Source of the DNA: Vicinamibacteria bacterium
GTDB lineage: Bacteria; Acidobacteriota; Vicinamibacteria; Marinacidobacterales; Marinacidobacteraceae
Length of the DNA stretch: 64,000 nt
Assembly (NCBI GenBank): GCA_963668695.2
Contig: CAXXLQ010000004.1
Coordinates: forward strand, 2,144,001 to 2,208,000
Direction of reading: 5' to 3'
Position numbers and translations under genes: made by a program. The notes beneath the pieces are model-generated. The model saw nothing but the letters and a program-made list of their open reading frames with translations. It was not told where the DNA came from and searched no databases. Positions 31,338-40,273 of this stretch are shown one piece after another (position 1 is the stretch's first letter; each line of letters starts with the position of its first letter).

Positions 31338-32483
31338 GTGATCCCGTCCCAGCGGCATCTCTTCGACATCCCGCGGGACGTCGCCTACCTGAACTGCGCC
31401 TACATGTCGCCAATGCTCAACAGCGTGGTGGAGGCGGGGACCGCCGGCCTCCGGCGGAAGGCGCACCCCTGGGAGATCGCCGTCGACGACTTTTTCGAAG
31501 ACTCGGAGGCGCTCCGCGCCGCCTGGGCGGAACTGCTCGGGGCGGGGCCCGACGCCGTGGCCCTCACCCCCTCGGCGGGCTACGGCCTCTCGCTCGCCGC
31601 GAACAACGTGCCGCTCGCGGCGGGACAGGTGGTCCTGCTCGCCGCCGAGCAGTTCCCCTCGAACGTCTATCCCTGGACCGACAAGGCGCGGCGCGCGGGT
31701 GGCGAGGTCCGCTTCGTCTCGCGCCCCGAGGACGGCGACTGGACGCGGGCGGTGCTCGCCGAGCTCGACGAGCGGGTCGCGGTGGTCGCGCTGCCGAACG
31801 TCCACTGGACCGACGGCGGAATCTTCGACCTCGCGCGGATCGGCGCCCGGGCCCGCGAGGCGGGGGCGGCGCTGGTGGTGGACGCCACCCAGTCGCTCGG
31901 CGCGCTGCCGTTCGACGTGGGCGCCATCCAGCCGGACTTCGTGGCCGGCGCGGGCTACAAGTGGCTCATGGGCCCTTACTCGCTCGGCTACCTCTACGCC
32001 GCGCCCCACTGCCGGGAGGCGGCGCCCATCGAACACAACTGGATCCAGAAGGCGAACGCGCGCGAGTTCTCGCGCTTGGTGGACTACACCGAGGACTGGC
32101 AGCCGGGCGCGCGCCGCCTCGACGCCGGGGAGCGTTCCAACTTCGCGCTGGTGCCGGCGGCGCTGGCGGCGGCCCGCCAGGTGCTCGACTGGGGCCCGGC
32201 GAACATCCTCGGGACGATCGGCCCGATGACCCGGCGTCTCGCCGCAGCGGCGGCGGAACTCGGCTTCACGTCCGGGCACACCGAGCGCCGGTCTCCCCAC
32301 TACCTGGCGCTCGGGCTCCCGCTGGGGAGCGGGCCCGAGGATCTCTCCCGGGTGCGCGCGGCGCTCTCCGAGCGGCGGGTGTTCGTGAGCATCCGCGGCG
32401 ACACCGTGCGGGTGACCCCGCATCTCTACAACGACGAGCAGGATCTCGACGCGTTCATCGACGCGCTCGGGTCCGCGTTGTAG
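31338..32483 (+). CDS. Class V PLP-dependent aminotransferase / cysteine desulfurase-like
   Basis: YLNCAYMSP, VVDATQSLG, PLP-Lys AGYKWLMGP, RVTPHLYN. Confidence 0.92.
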   Translation: MIPSQRHLFDIPRDVAYLNCAYMSPMLNSVVEAGTAGLRRKAHPWEIAVDDFFEDSEALRAAWAELLGAGPDAVALTPSAGYGLSLAANNVPLAAGQVVLLAAEQFPSNVYPWTDKARRAGGEVRFVSRPEDGDWTRAVLAELDERVAVVALPNVHWTDGGIFDLARIGARAREAGAALVVDATQSLGALPFDVGAIQPDFVAGAGYKWLMGPYSLGYLYAAPHCREAAPIEHNWIQKANAREFSRLVDYTEDWQPGARRLDAGERSNFALVPAALAAARQVLDWGPANILGTIGPMTRRLAAAAAELGFTSGHTERRSPHYLALGLPLGSGPEDLSRVRAALSERRVFVSIRGDTVRVTPHLYNDEQDLDAFIDALGSAL

Positions 32484-32716
32484 CAGCCTATGGACAAAGT
32501 CACGCGGCCCAGTTCTCCCGGTGGGGGCTCGACCGGCGATCCATCCTGGCTGAAACGCTCGGCTTCGCCTAACTCATCGTTGCGCTTCGGTCGAAATACA
32601 CTCGGGCCAGTTCTCCCGGTGGGGGCTCCTCCCTCGCGCGCCTTGTCAGCCAGGCGCCTCACCGCCAGTTCTCCCGGTGGGGGTCTCGGCGCTCACGCCA
32701 CTTTGCCCAACGGCTG
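32484..32716 (+). mobile_element. Family A MITE-like element, 233 bp, 3 modules
   Basis: Starts right after the TAG stop; ends CGGCTG then CTAG. Confidence 0.85.
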
Positions 32717-32732
32717 CTAGGCCAGCCATCCG

Positions 32733-33599
32733 TTGAAGGTCTATCTGGACACCGTCCGCCGGGTGCTCGAGACCGGGACCCGGCGTCCGAACCGCACGGG
32801 GGTGGACACCATCTCCACCTTCAACGTGAACTCGGTGATCAGGGTGGACGAGGGCTTCCCGCTGCTCACCACCAAGAAGATCAGTTGGAAGAACATCGTC
32901 GTCGAAAACCTCTGGTTCCTCTCCGGCGAGCCGACCATCGCGCTGCTCAAGAAGCACAAGTGCCGGTTCTGGGATCCCTGGGCGGACGAGAACGGCGCGG
33001 TGCCGAGCCCCTACGGGAACCTCTGGCGGGAACATCCGGGGTCGCGCGGGCCGGCGGACCAGGTCCGCTGGGTGCTCGAGGAGATCAAGCGCAACCCCAC
33101 CTCGCGGCGGCTGGTGATCAGCGCCTGGTCACCGGAGAACGCCCACCACAGTTCGCTCCCGCCCTGCCACTTCGCTTTCGTGCTCAACGTGCAGTACGAC
33201 GCGGCGGGGGAGCCGCGGCTCAACCTGCACCTGACCCAGCGGAGCTGCGACGTCGCGCTCGGACTTCCGTACAACATCGCCGGCTACGCGCTGCTGCTGC
33301 ATCTCTTCTCGGCGTGGACCGGGCTCCGGCCGGGGGTGATGGGGCACACGCTGGTGGACGCCCACATCTACACGAAGAACGCGGACGGCTCGATGGCGGA
33401 ATACGACCACGTGCCGGGGCTCCGGGAGCAGCTTGAGCGTGAACCCCGCCCGCTGCCCCGGCTGACGCTCTCGGACACGGTGTCGTCGCTGGACGGAGTG
33501 ATGTCGCTCCTCGACAAGGACACCGCCGAGATCATGTCCCACTTCCAGCTCGACGGGTACGACCCCCACCCGGGCATCCGCTTCGCCGTCGCGGTATGA
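32733..33599 (+). CDS. thyA: Thymidylate synthase
   Basis: NRTGVDT, FPLLTTKK, SRRLVISAW, LPPCH, QRSCD..LGLPYN, DAHIY. Confidence 0.96.
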   Translation: MKVYLDTVRRVLETGTRRPNRTGVDTISTFNVNSVIRVDEGFPLLTTKKISWKNIVVENLWFLSGEPTIALLKKHKCRFWDPWADENGAVPSPYGNLWREHPGSRGPADQVRWVLEEIKRNPTSRRLVISAWSPENAHHSSLPPCHFAFVLNVQYDAAGEPRLNLHLTQRSCDVALGLPYNIAGYALLLHLFSAWTGLRPGVMGHTLVDAHIYTKNADGSMAEYDHVPGLREQLEREPRPLPRLTLSDTVSSLDGVMSLLDKDTAEIMSHFQLDGYDPHPGIRFAVAV

Positions 33600-33617
33600 G
33601 CCCGGCATGAAGGCAGC

Positions 33618-34148
33618 ATGAACGACGTCTGGCTGAATCCCGAAGTGCGCCCACCTGGTCCCTTCCGGGCCAGCATGGCGGCGGTCTCGCCGGAGGGGAT
33701 CATCGGGGTGGACGGCGGGATCCCCTGGGACTACCCGGGCGATCGGAAGCGGCTCTGGCGGCTCACCCGGGACACCACCATCATCCTCGGCCGGCTCACC
33801 TGGGATTCGCTCCCCCGCCGGCCGATGCGCCGGCGGCGGAACATCGTGATCAGCTCGCGGCCGGTGGAGGGCGCGGAGTCCTTCCGTTCGCTCGGCGAGG
33901 CGCTCGCGGCCTGCGAAGGGACCGTCTGGTTCCTGGGCGGCGCCCGCATCTACGAGGAGGCCATGCATTACGCGGACTTCCTCGACATGACAACCGTTCC
34001 CGACCGCATCACGCTCCAGCCGGAGCAGAGCGCGGTCTACTTCCCGAACATTGACGAGGCCCGCTGGCTGGCGGGCCCCCCGCTACCCGACCCCGACGAC
34101 ACCGGGGTCGTGCGGCGCCGGTTCACGAGGCGCCGAATGGAGACATGA
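33618..34148 (+). CDS. folA: Dihydrofolate reductase
   Basis: GIIGVDGGIPW, ILGRLTWDSL, RRNIVIS, FLGGARIY; follows thyA. Confidence 0.9.
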   Translation: MNDVWLNPEVRPPGPFRASMAAVSPEGIIGVDGGIPWDYPGDRKRLWRLTRDTTIILGRLTWDSLPRRPMRRRRNIVISSRPVEGAESFRSLGEALAACEGTVWFLGGARIYEEAMHYADFLDMTTVPDRITLQPEQSAVYFPNIDEARWLAGPPLPDPDDTGVVRRRFTRRRMET

Positions 34149-34149
34149 G

Positions 34150-34539
34150 ATGAGCGACGAGATCACCCTGATCGCCGGCGAAGGCCTGCCGAAGCCGGCC
34201 GGCCCCTACAGCCCCGCCACCAAGGTGGGCAATCTGGTGTTCGTTTCCGGGCAGGTCGGTGTGGACCCGAAGACGGGATTCGCGCCGCATGGCGTTGCCG
34301 CCCAGACCGAGCAGGTGTTCAAGAACCTCGCCTCCATCCTGGAGGCGGCGGGGTCGAGTCTCGATCGGATCGTCCGCTGCGGCGTCTTTGTGGCCGACAT
34401 GGACGAGTTCGGGAAGATGAACGCGGTCTACGAGCGCATGCTGAACGGCCACCGCCCGGCGCGCTCCACGATCCAGCCCGAGCGCCTCCCCGGCACGGGT
34501 TTCCTGGTGGAGATCGACGCCATCGCCGTCTGCGACTGA
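34150..34539 (+). CDS. RidA/YjgF-family enamine deaminase
   Basis: GPYS, VFVSGQ, MNAVY, RPARS, LVEIDAIA. Confidence 0.93.
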   Translation: MSDEITLIAGEGLPKPAGPYSPATKVGNLVFVSGQVGVDPKTGFAPHGVAAQTEQVFKNLASILEAAGSSLDRIVRCGVFVADMDEFGKMNAVYERMLNGHRPARSTIQPERLPGTGFLVEIDAIAVCD

Positions 34540-34698
34540 GCGAAGCGCCGACCCGGGAAGGTGAAGCCCCCGGGAAGGTGAAGCCGGCGGACGGGAACGC
34601 CGGCGACGGCAGCGGCGGGGCGCGGTTACCGCCGAGGGCGGGGCGGGCGGGGCGCGGTTACCGCCGACCTTGGGGGTCGCCGGTCAGGTTTCCCCCGG

Positions 34699-37047
34699 TC
34701 AGGTTTCCCCCGGTCGGGCCATGCGGTAGCCAACCCCACGCACGGTGTGGACGTAGGCGGGGCGGCTCGCGTCGTCGCCGAGCTTCTGGCGCAAACGCTT
34801 GATGACGGCGCGCACCAGCTTCGCGTCGCCGGAGTTCCGCTCGTTCCACACCTGGCGCAACAGCGAATCGTACGTCGAGACCCGTCCCGCGTTGAGCGAG
34901 AGCACGCGCAACACGCCGTACTCGGTCGCCGTGAGTTCGATCTGGCGCCCCGCCACGCTCACCCGGCGCCGGTCGTAGTCGATCGCGAGATCGCCCCGTA
35001 TGAACGGGTCGGGGTCGGTGCGGCGGCGAAGCGCCGCCTGGATCCGGGCCGCGAGTTCGGTCGGCGAAAAGGGCTCGACGATGTAGTCGTCGGCGCCGGC
35101 CTCCAGCGCCTTGGCGATGGTCTCGTCGCGCCCGTACCCCGAGATGAAGATGACCGGAAGGTCGGAGAGCCCGGGCACGGTTTCCATCAACTCGATGCCG
35201 TCGGTCCCGGGCAGGATCAGATCGAGCAGGACCAGCGCCGGCTCCTCCGTCTCGATGATGCGCGCCAGCTCGCGATGGTCGCCGGTGACCAGCGGCGCAT
35301 AGCCCGCATCGACGAGCGCGTCCCGCACGTAGCGCAGCAGCTGCGGGTCGTCTTCCACCACGAGTATCCGCGCCCGCTCCCCGGTCTCGCGGAGCACTCC
35401 CGCCCGGCGCCGCGTGAGGCCGGGCGCGGTGCTCTCCGCCTCCGCCACCGGGACCGTGAAGGTGAACCGCGCCCCTTGCTCGGGGCCGGCGCTCTCCGCC
35501 CGGATCCGTCCGCCATGCGCCTCGACCAGCCCCTTGCAGATGGCGAGCCCCAGGCCGCCCCCCACGCCGCGCTTCCCATCTTCGGCAGCGGCGTACTTGC
35601 GGAAGAGGTGCGGCAGCCTCTCCCGCGCCACCCCCCGGCCTTCGTCGGAAACCGAGACCGCGACGTACATGCCGTCGCGCTCCGCCGAGACCCGGATGGA
35701 CGAGGAGTCCGGAGAATGCCGGGCGGCGTTGGCCAGGAGGTTGCTCAGCACCTGCACAATGCGGTGCCGGTCGGTCAGCGCCCGGGGCAGGTCCGGCGGC
35801 AGTTCGATCAGCACCGGGTGCCTGGCGCCGCCGGCAAGGAACATGGTCCGCGCCTCGTCCACCAGCGCACCCACCTCCGTGGGCTCGGGCGAGACCGACA
35901 ACGTGCCCGTCTCGATGCGCCCCACGTCGAGCAGGTCGCCGATGAGTCCGCTCATGCGGTCCGCCTGCTCGTCAATGATGCGGAAGAACTGCTGGGTCTC
36001 GGCCGGACCGAAGCCTCGACCGGCGCCGAGCACCGTGGCCGTTGAACCCTTGATGGCGGCGAGCGGCGTGCGCAGCTCGTGGCTCACCATGCCGAGGAAC
36101 TCAGCCCGCATCCGCTCCAGCGCTTCGAGCGGCGCGAGATCCTGCAGGGTGACGACCACGGATTCGACCTCCCCATCATCCCCGGCGTGGATCGGGGTGG
36201 CGTTGACGAGCGTCGTGACGCTGCGTCCGTCGGGCGTCGAGAGCACGATCTCCTCGGCGCGCACGGTCTCCGCGGCGCCGAGCGCGGCCGAGAGCCGCAA
36301 TTGGTCGAGCGCAATCTCGCGTCCATCGCCACGCCGGCAGGTGAGGACCCGAAGCAGCGCTTCGGCGGGGTGGCCCGGCATGCGCAGGCTCTCCACGATG
36401 CGCCTCGCCTCGCGGTTGAGCGAGACGGCGTGGCCAGTCCGCGCATCGAACACCACGACGCCGACCGGCGAGGTCTCGACCAGCGCCTCGAGGTCGGCCC
36501 GCGCGCGCCGCTCGTCGCGGAAGGCGCGGGCGTTGGCGATGGCGCTCGCGGCCTGCGAGGCGAACAGCACCAGGACCTCCTCGTCCCCACTCGTGAACTC
36601 CGCTCCCCCTTCCTTCTCGGCCAGATAGAAGTTGCCGACATGCACGCCGCGATGGCGCATCGGCGTGCCCTGGAAGGTGCTCGACGAGAACCGGTCCGTA
36701 GAGAAGCCGAGCGAGCGCACGTAGGCGGGGACGTCGCTGAGCCTCAGCGGCCCCGCGAGGTCGCGCAAGTGCTCGAAGAGCCGCGGCCCGTCGGGCCACT
36801 GGGCCAGCCGGCGATGCTCTTCCTCCGTGAAACCGGAGGTCACGAAGTCCTGCGGCGCGCCCTTTTCGTCGATGGTGACGATGGTGCCGTAGCGGGCGCC
36901 GGTCAGCGCCCGGGCGCTCTCCACGATCTCGCGGAGAACCGTTTCGAGGTCGAGGCTCGCGCTGATGCGCAGGAGCGCCGCGCTCAAGGTGGAGACGCGC
37001 TCGTCCGGTCCCTTGTTCTTCCGTCCCGCTTCGTCGTGACCGTTCAA
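34699..37047 (-). CDS. Hybrid sensor kinase: GAF-PAS-HisKA-HATPase-REC-OmpR-type winged helix
   Basis: VSHELRTPL, NLLANA, DEGRG, GLGLAICK, ILVVEDD, LLDLILP, LRQKL...HTVRGVGY; TTG start after GAGGAGG. Confidence 0.9.
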   Translation of the reverse strand: MNGHDEAGRKNKGPDERVSTLSAALLRISASLDLETVLREIVESARALTGARYGTIVTIDEKGAPQDFVTSGFTEEEHRRLAQWPDGPRLFEHLRDLAGPLRLSDVPAYVRSLGFSTDRFSSSTFQGTPMRHRGVHVGNFYLAEKEGGAEFTSGDEEVLVLFASQAASAIANARAFRDERRARADLEALVETSPVGVVVFDARTGHAVSLNREARRIVESLRMPGHPAEALLRVLTCRRGDGREIALDQLRLSAALGAAETVRAEEIVLSTPDGRSVTTLVNATPIHAGDDGEVESVVVTLQDLAPLEALERMRAEFLGMVSHELRTPLAAIKGSTATVLGAGRGFGPAETQQFFRIIDEQADRMSGLIGDLLDVGRIETGTLSVSPEPTEVGALVDEARTMFLAGGARHPVLIELPPDLPRALTDRHRIVQVLSNLLANAARHSPDSSSIRVSAERDGMYVAVSVSDEGRGVARERLPHLFRKYAAAEDGKRGVGGGLGLAICKGLVEAHGGRIRAESAGPEQGARFTFTVPVAEAESTAPGLTRRRAGVLRETGERARILVVEDDPQLLRYVRDALVDAGYAPLVTGDHRELARIIETEEPALVLLDLILPGTDGIELMETVPGLSDLPVIFISGYGRDETIAKALEAGADDYIVEPFSPTELAARIQAALRRRTDPDPFIRGDLAIDYDRRRVSVAGRQIELTATEYGVLRVLSLNAGRVSTYDSLLRQVWNERNSGDAKLVRAVIKRLRQKLGDDASRPAYVHTVRGVGYRMARPGET

Positions 37048-37388
37048 CCGTCCGCCCTCCTCGCGCCGAGCCCGGACGTCGTTCCGGTCCGTCCGGACCG
37101 TCCGGACCCGGAACGAGCGGCGAGATGGGGTTTTCGGGCCGGTCCGGTGCGCCCGTCGCACAGTGAAGGCCAAAATCGCATAATCGTCACTCTATCTCCA
37201 GCAAAATGCACGTTCTTGTCGGGTACACTCTCCGCAGGTTCACGACCTGATGGTTTGGTGGGCCAAGACGAGGTGTCCGGATGCACCAAGGAAGATATCG
37301 AAGGCCTTTACGGGCGGAAGTCCACGCCCGTTCCCGCGGTCTTCCGAAACCGGCGCCGGTGGGCTTGAGCGAGTAGCCGGCGGGACGC

Positions 37389-37742
37389 ATGGACGCTGGG
37401 AGTCTCGCGTGCGCCGTGGATCACGAGGTGATCTACCGGTTCATGGACGGGTACCGGGGACAGCACCGAATCGCCACCATGGCCCGCACGCTCGGAGTCT
37501 CGCGGAGCGGTTACTACGCTTGGAAGAGTCGTCCCCAAAGTTGCCGCGCCCGGGTGGACGAGCTTCTCAAGCAGGAGATCCGCAGCGTCCACGCCTGCCA
37601 TCACGGCGAGTACGGCGCGCCTCGAATCCACGGGGAACTGCGGGTGCAGGGATGGCGGGTGGGGCGCAAGCGGGTTGCCCGACTGATGCGGGAACTTGGA
37701 ATCGACGGTCTTTCCGGAAGCTCGCGCCGAACCCGAAGGGCC
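37389..37742 (+). mobile_element. IS3-family transposase OrfB 5' remnant
   Basis: LGVSRSGYYAW...YGAPRIHGEL...VGRKRVARLMRELGI; no DDE domain, truncated by the repeat array. Confidence 0.88.
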
Positions 37743-38526
37743 AAACAGCCGGTGGTGGAACCCACGCGGCCCAGTTCTCCCGGTGGGGGCTCGGCCGGCG
37801 ATCCATCCCGGCCAAACAGCCTGTAATGAAACCCGCGCGGCCCAGTTCTCCCGGTGGGGGCTCGGCCGGCGATCCATCCCGGCCAAACAGCCGGTGATGA
37901 AACCCACGCGGCCCAGTTCTCCCGGTGGGGGCTCGGCCGGCGATCCATCCCGGCTGAACCGCGTCGCTGCGCGCCGCTCATCGTTGCGTTTCGGTCGCAA
38001 TACACCCGGGCCAGTTCTCCCGGTGGGGGCTCCTCCCTCACGCGCCTTGTCAGCCGGGCCCCCACCGGGAGAACTGGCCCCACCGGGAGAACTGGGCCTC
38101 GCCGGCCTCGGCGCTCACGCGGGTTCCACCACCGGCTGTTCACCGCGTCGCTTCGCGCCGCTCATCGTTGCGTTTCGGTCGAAATACACCCGGGCCAGTT
38201 CTCCCGGTGGGGGCTCCTTCCTCACGCGCCTTGTCAGCCGGGCCCCCACCGGGAGGACTGGCCCCACCGGGAGAACTGGGCCTCGCCGGCCTCGGCGCTC
38301 ACCCGGGTTCCACCACCGGCTGTTGACCGCGTCGCTTCGCGCCGCTCATCGTTGCGTTTCGGTCGAAATACACCCGGGCCAGTTCTCCCGGTGGGGGCTC
38401 CTCCCTCACGCGCCTTGTCAGCCGGGCCCCCACCGGGAGGACTGGCCCCACCGGGAGAACTGGGCCTCGCCCCCACCGGGAGAACTGGCCGGTCTCGGCG
38501 CGCACCCGGGTTCCACCACAGGCTGC
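37743..38526 (+). repeat. Amplified family A element: 3 x 71-bp left part plus 3 x 184-bp right part, about 13 modules
   Basis: AAACAGCC at 37743/37814/37885; module at 38012/38196/38380; ends CCACAGGCTG-CTAA. Confidence 0.88.
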
Positions 38527-38743
38527 TAACCAGCCCGGTTTGCCAGCGCGGTTTCGCAAACCGCGCGGCGCCGACCGCGCAAAAACGCGGCCGGGCACCG
38601 CATTCCCCGGGGAGATCCCCCGGGGAGAACTGCCCCGGAGGCGGGTCGGCGTCCGGTGGCCGGCCGCGCTCCTGCTCCACCGGCGTTCCCTCCCCGGCGG
38701 GGCCATCGAGCGAAGCGAGATGGCCCCGCCGGGGAGGGATTCC

Positions 38744-40273
38744 CTACTGGCCCTTCGGGACCACCTCCAGCGTGAGCGGATCGCGTTCCGGGAGATGCGT
38801 CACCTCGCCATTCAGCAGATCGGCCATCTTGGCGCGCCCCTCGGGATCGCCCGGGCCGATGTCGTCCCAGACCCCGACCACCAGCATCACCATCTGGTCC
38901 GGACGGAGGTACTTTTGCGCCACCGCCATCACGTCGGCGGCGGTGACCGCCTCGATCTGCTCGCGCCAGCGCACCCAGTACCCGTGGTCGCGCTCCAGGA
39001 ACGCGTCGTTCGCGAAGATGCCGGCGCGGGCCTGCGCGCTCTCGAACCGGCGCGGGAAGCTGTCCACCAGCGAACGCCTGGCAAGCTGGAGTTCCTCCGG
39101 CGACACTGCTTCGTCGCGCATCCGATGGACCTCTTCCAGAGCGATCGCGGCAGCCAAAGCCACCGTCGGGCTCTTCGATTGGTAGCCCATCGAGTAGGCG
39201 CTCGGCCCGAGGGGATTGAAGCCGAAACGGCCGCCGGCGCCGTACGCCAGCCCCTCGTCGGACCGTACCCGCTGCATGATCCGGGAGGTGAAGCCGCTCG
39301 CTCCCAGGATGTGGTCCATCACCTGGATGGCGGCCCGCTCGGGGTTGTCCCAGTCGTCCCAGCGCGGCGCCAGGTTGCCGATCCGGACCTTGCCCTGCGG
39401 GATGTCCTTCTCGACGTGGTAGATGCCCGGGGCAGGGTTTGGCACCTCGTGCGGGGGCGGCCAGTCCACCGCCGCCGCATCATCCGCCGCCGGCCACGCT
39501 CCGAGCCGCTCCTCCAGCATCGCCAGGATCTCCGCGGTGTCCACGTCGCCCGACACCGACCACACCATGTGCTCCGGCCGCCAGTAACGGCGGTGGAAGT
39601 CCCGCAAGTCGTCGGGAGTGATGGCGTCCAGGTGCCCGGAGGTCATCCGCCGCCCGAGGTAGTGGTCTTTTCCGTACAGCAGGAAATCCCACTCGCGGCC
39701 GAGCAGGCTGTCGGCGTCGTCGTTCCGCTGCTTCAGGTCCTCCCGCACGTTCTCCCGCCGCACCGAGAACCGCGCCTCATCGAACCGCGGGCGCATCAGC
39801 ACGTCGAAGAAGAGATCGAGGCTCTCCTCGAACACCGGGGTGATGGTGCGGAGCGATCCCCGCGCCTCGGTGTCCCGGGAAGAGGCCGAAATCCGGGCGG
39901 CGAGGAAGTCGATCCGCTCGTCCAGTTCCTCCGGACTCCGGTCGCCGGCCCCGCCCTCGCGCATCATCGTCGCGGTCAACGACGCGAGCCCCACCTGGTC
40001 CGCGGGCTCCAGGAAGCTGCCGATCCTGAGCGTCACGCCCAGCCGGATCAGCGGCAGGGTGCGGTCCTCAACCACGATCACCGGGATGCCGCTGCTCAGC
40101 TTGTGGTGGTAGTCCGAGCCGTCGGGCGTCTCGAACACGAAGTCCGGGAAGACCAGCTCTTCGGGCCGGTCCGGAATGTCCTGCCCGGCAACTTCCTGCC
40201 CGGCAACTTCCTGCGCGGGGGAAAGACCCGCCGCCACCAGGGCCAAACCCAGGAAAACCGTCCGTCCTTTCAT
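38744..40273 (-). CDS. M16 peptidase family, non-catalytic-type subunit, exported
   Basis: LSSGIPVIVVED..LP, GLASLTATMM (no HxxEH), SRIMQRVRSDEGLAY; start overlaps partner stop. Confidence 0.88.
   Translation of the reverse strand: MKGRTVFLGLALVAAGLSPAQEVAGQEVAGQDIPDRPEELVFPDFVFETPDGSDYHHKLSSGIPVIVVEDRTLPLIRLGVTLRIGSFLEPADQVGLASLTATMMREGGAGDRSPEELDERIDFLAARISASSRDTEARGSLRTITPVFEESLDLFFDVLMRPRFDEARFSVRRENVREDLKQRNDDADSLLGREWDFLLYGKDHYLGRRMTSGHLDAITPDDLRDFHRRYWRPEHMVWSVSGDVDTAEILAMLEERLGAWPAADDAAAVDWPPPHEVPNPAPGIYHVEKDIPQGKVRIGNLAPRWDDWDNPERAAIQVMDHILGASGFTSRIMQRVRSDEGLAYGAGGRFGFNPLGPSAYSMGYQSKSPTVALAAAIALEEVHRMRDEAVSPEELQLARRSLVDSFPRRFESAQARAGIFANDAFLERDHGYWVRWREQIEAVTAADVMAVAQKYLRPDQMVMLVVGVWDDIGPGDPEGRAKMADLLNGEVTHLPERDPLTLEVVPKGQ

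Noticed and set aside
37743-38526. CRISPR array
   Set aside because: Sequences between recurring motifs are themselves repeated rather than unique spacers, and no cas genes are in the window.
37696-38529. Repeated peptides such as PSSPGGGS, GPVLPVG and PHRENW in many short ORFs
   Set aside because: Translations of family A repeats and the module, not a protein family.
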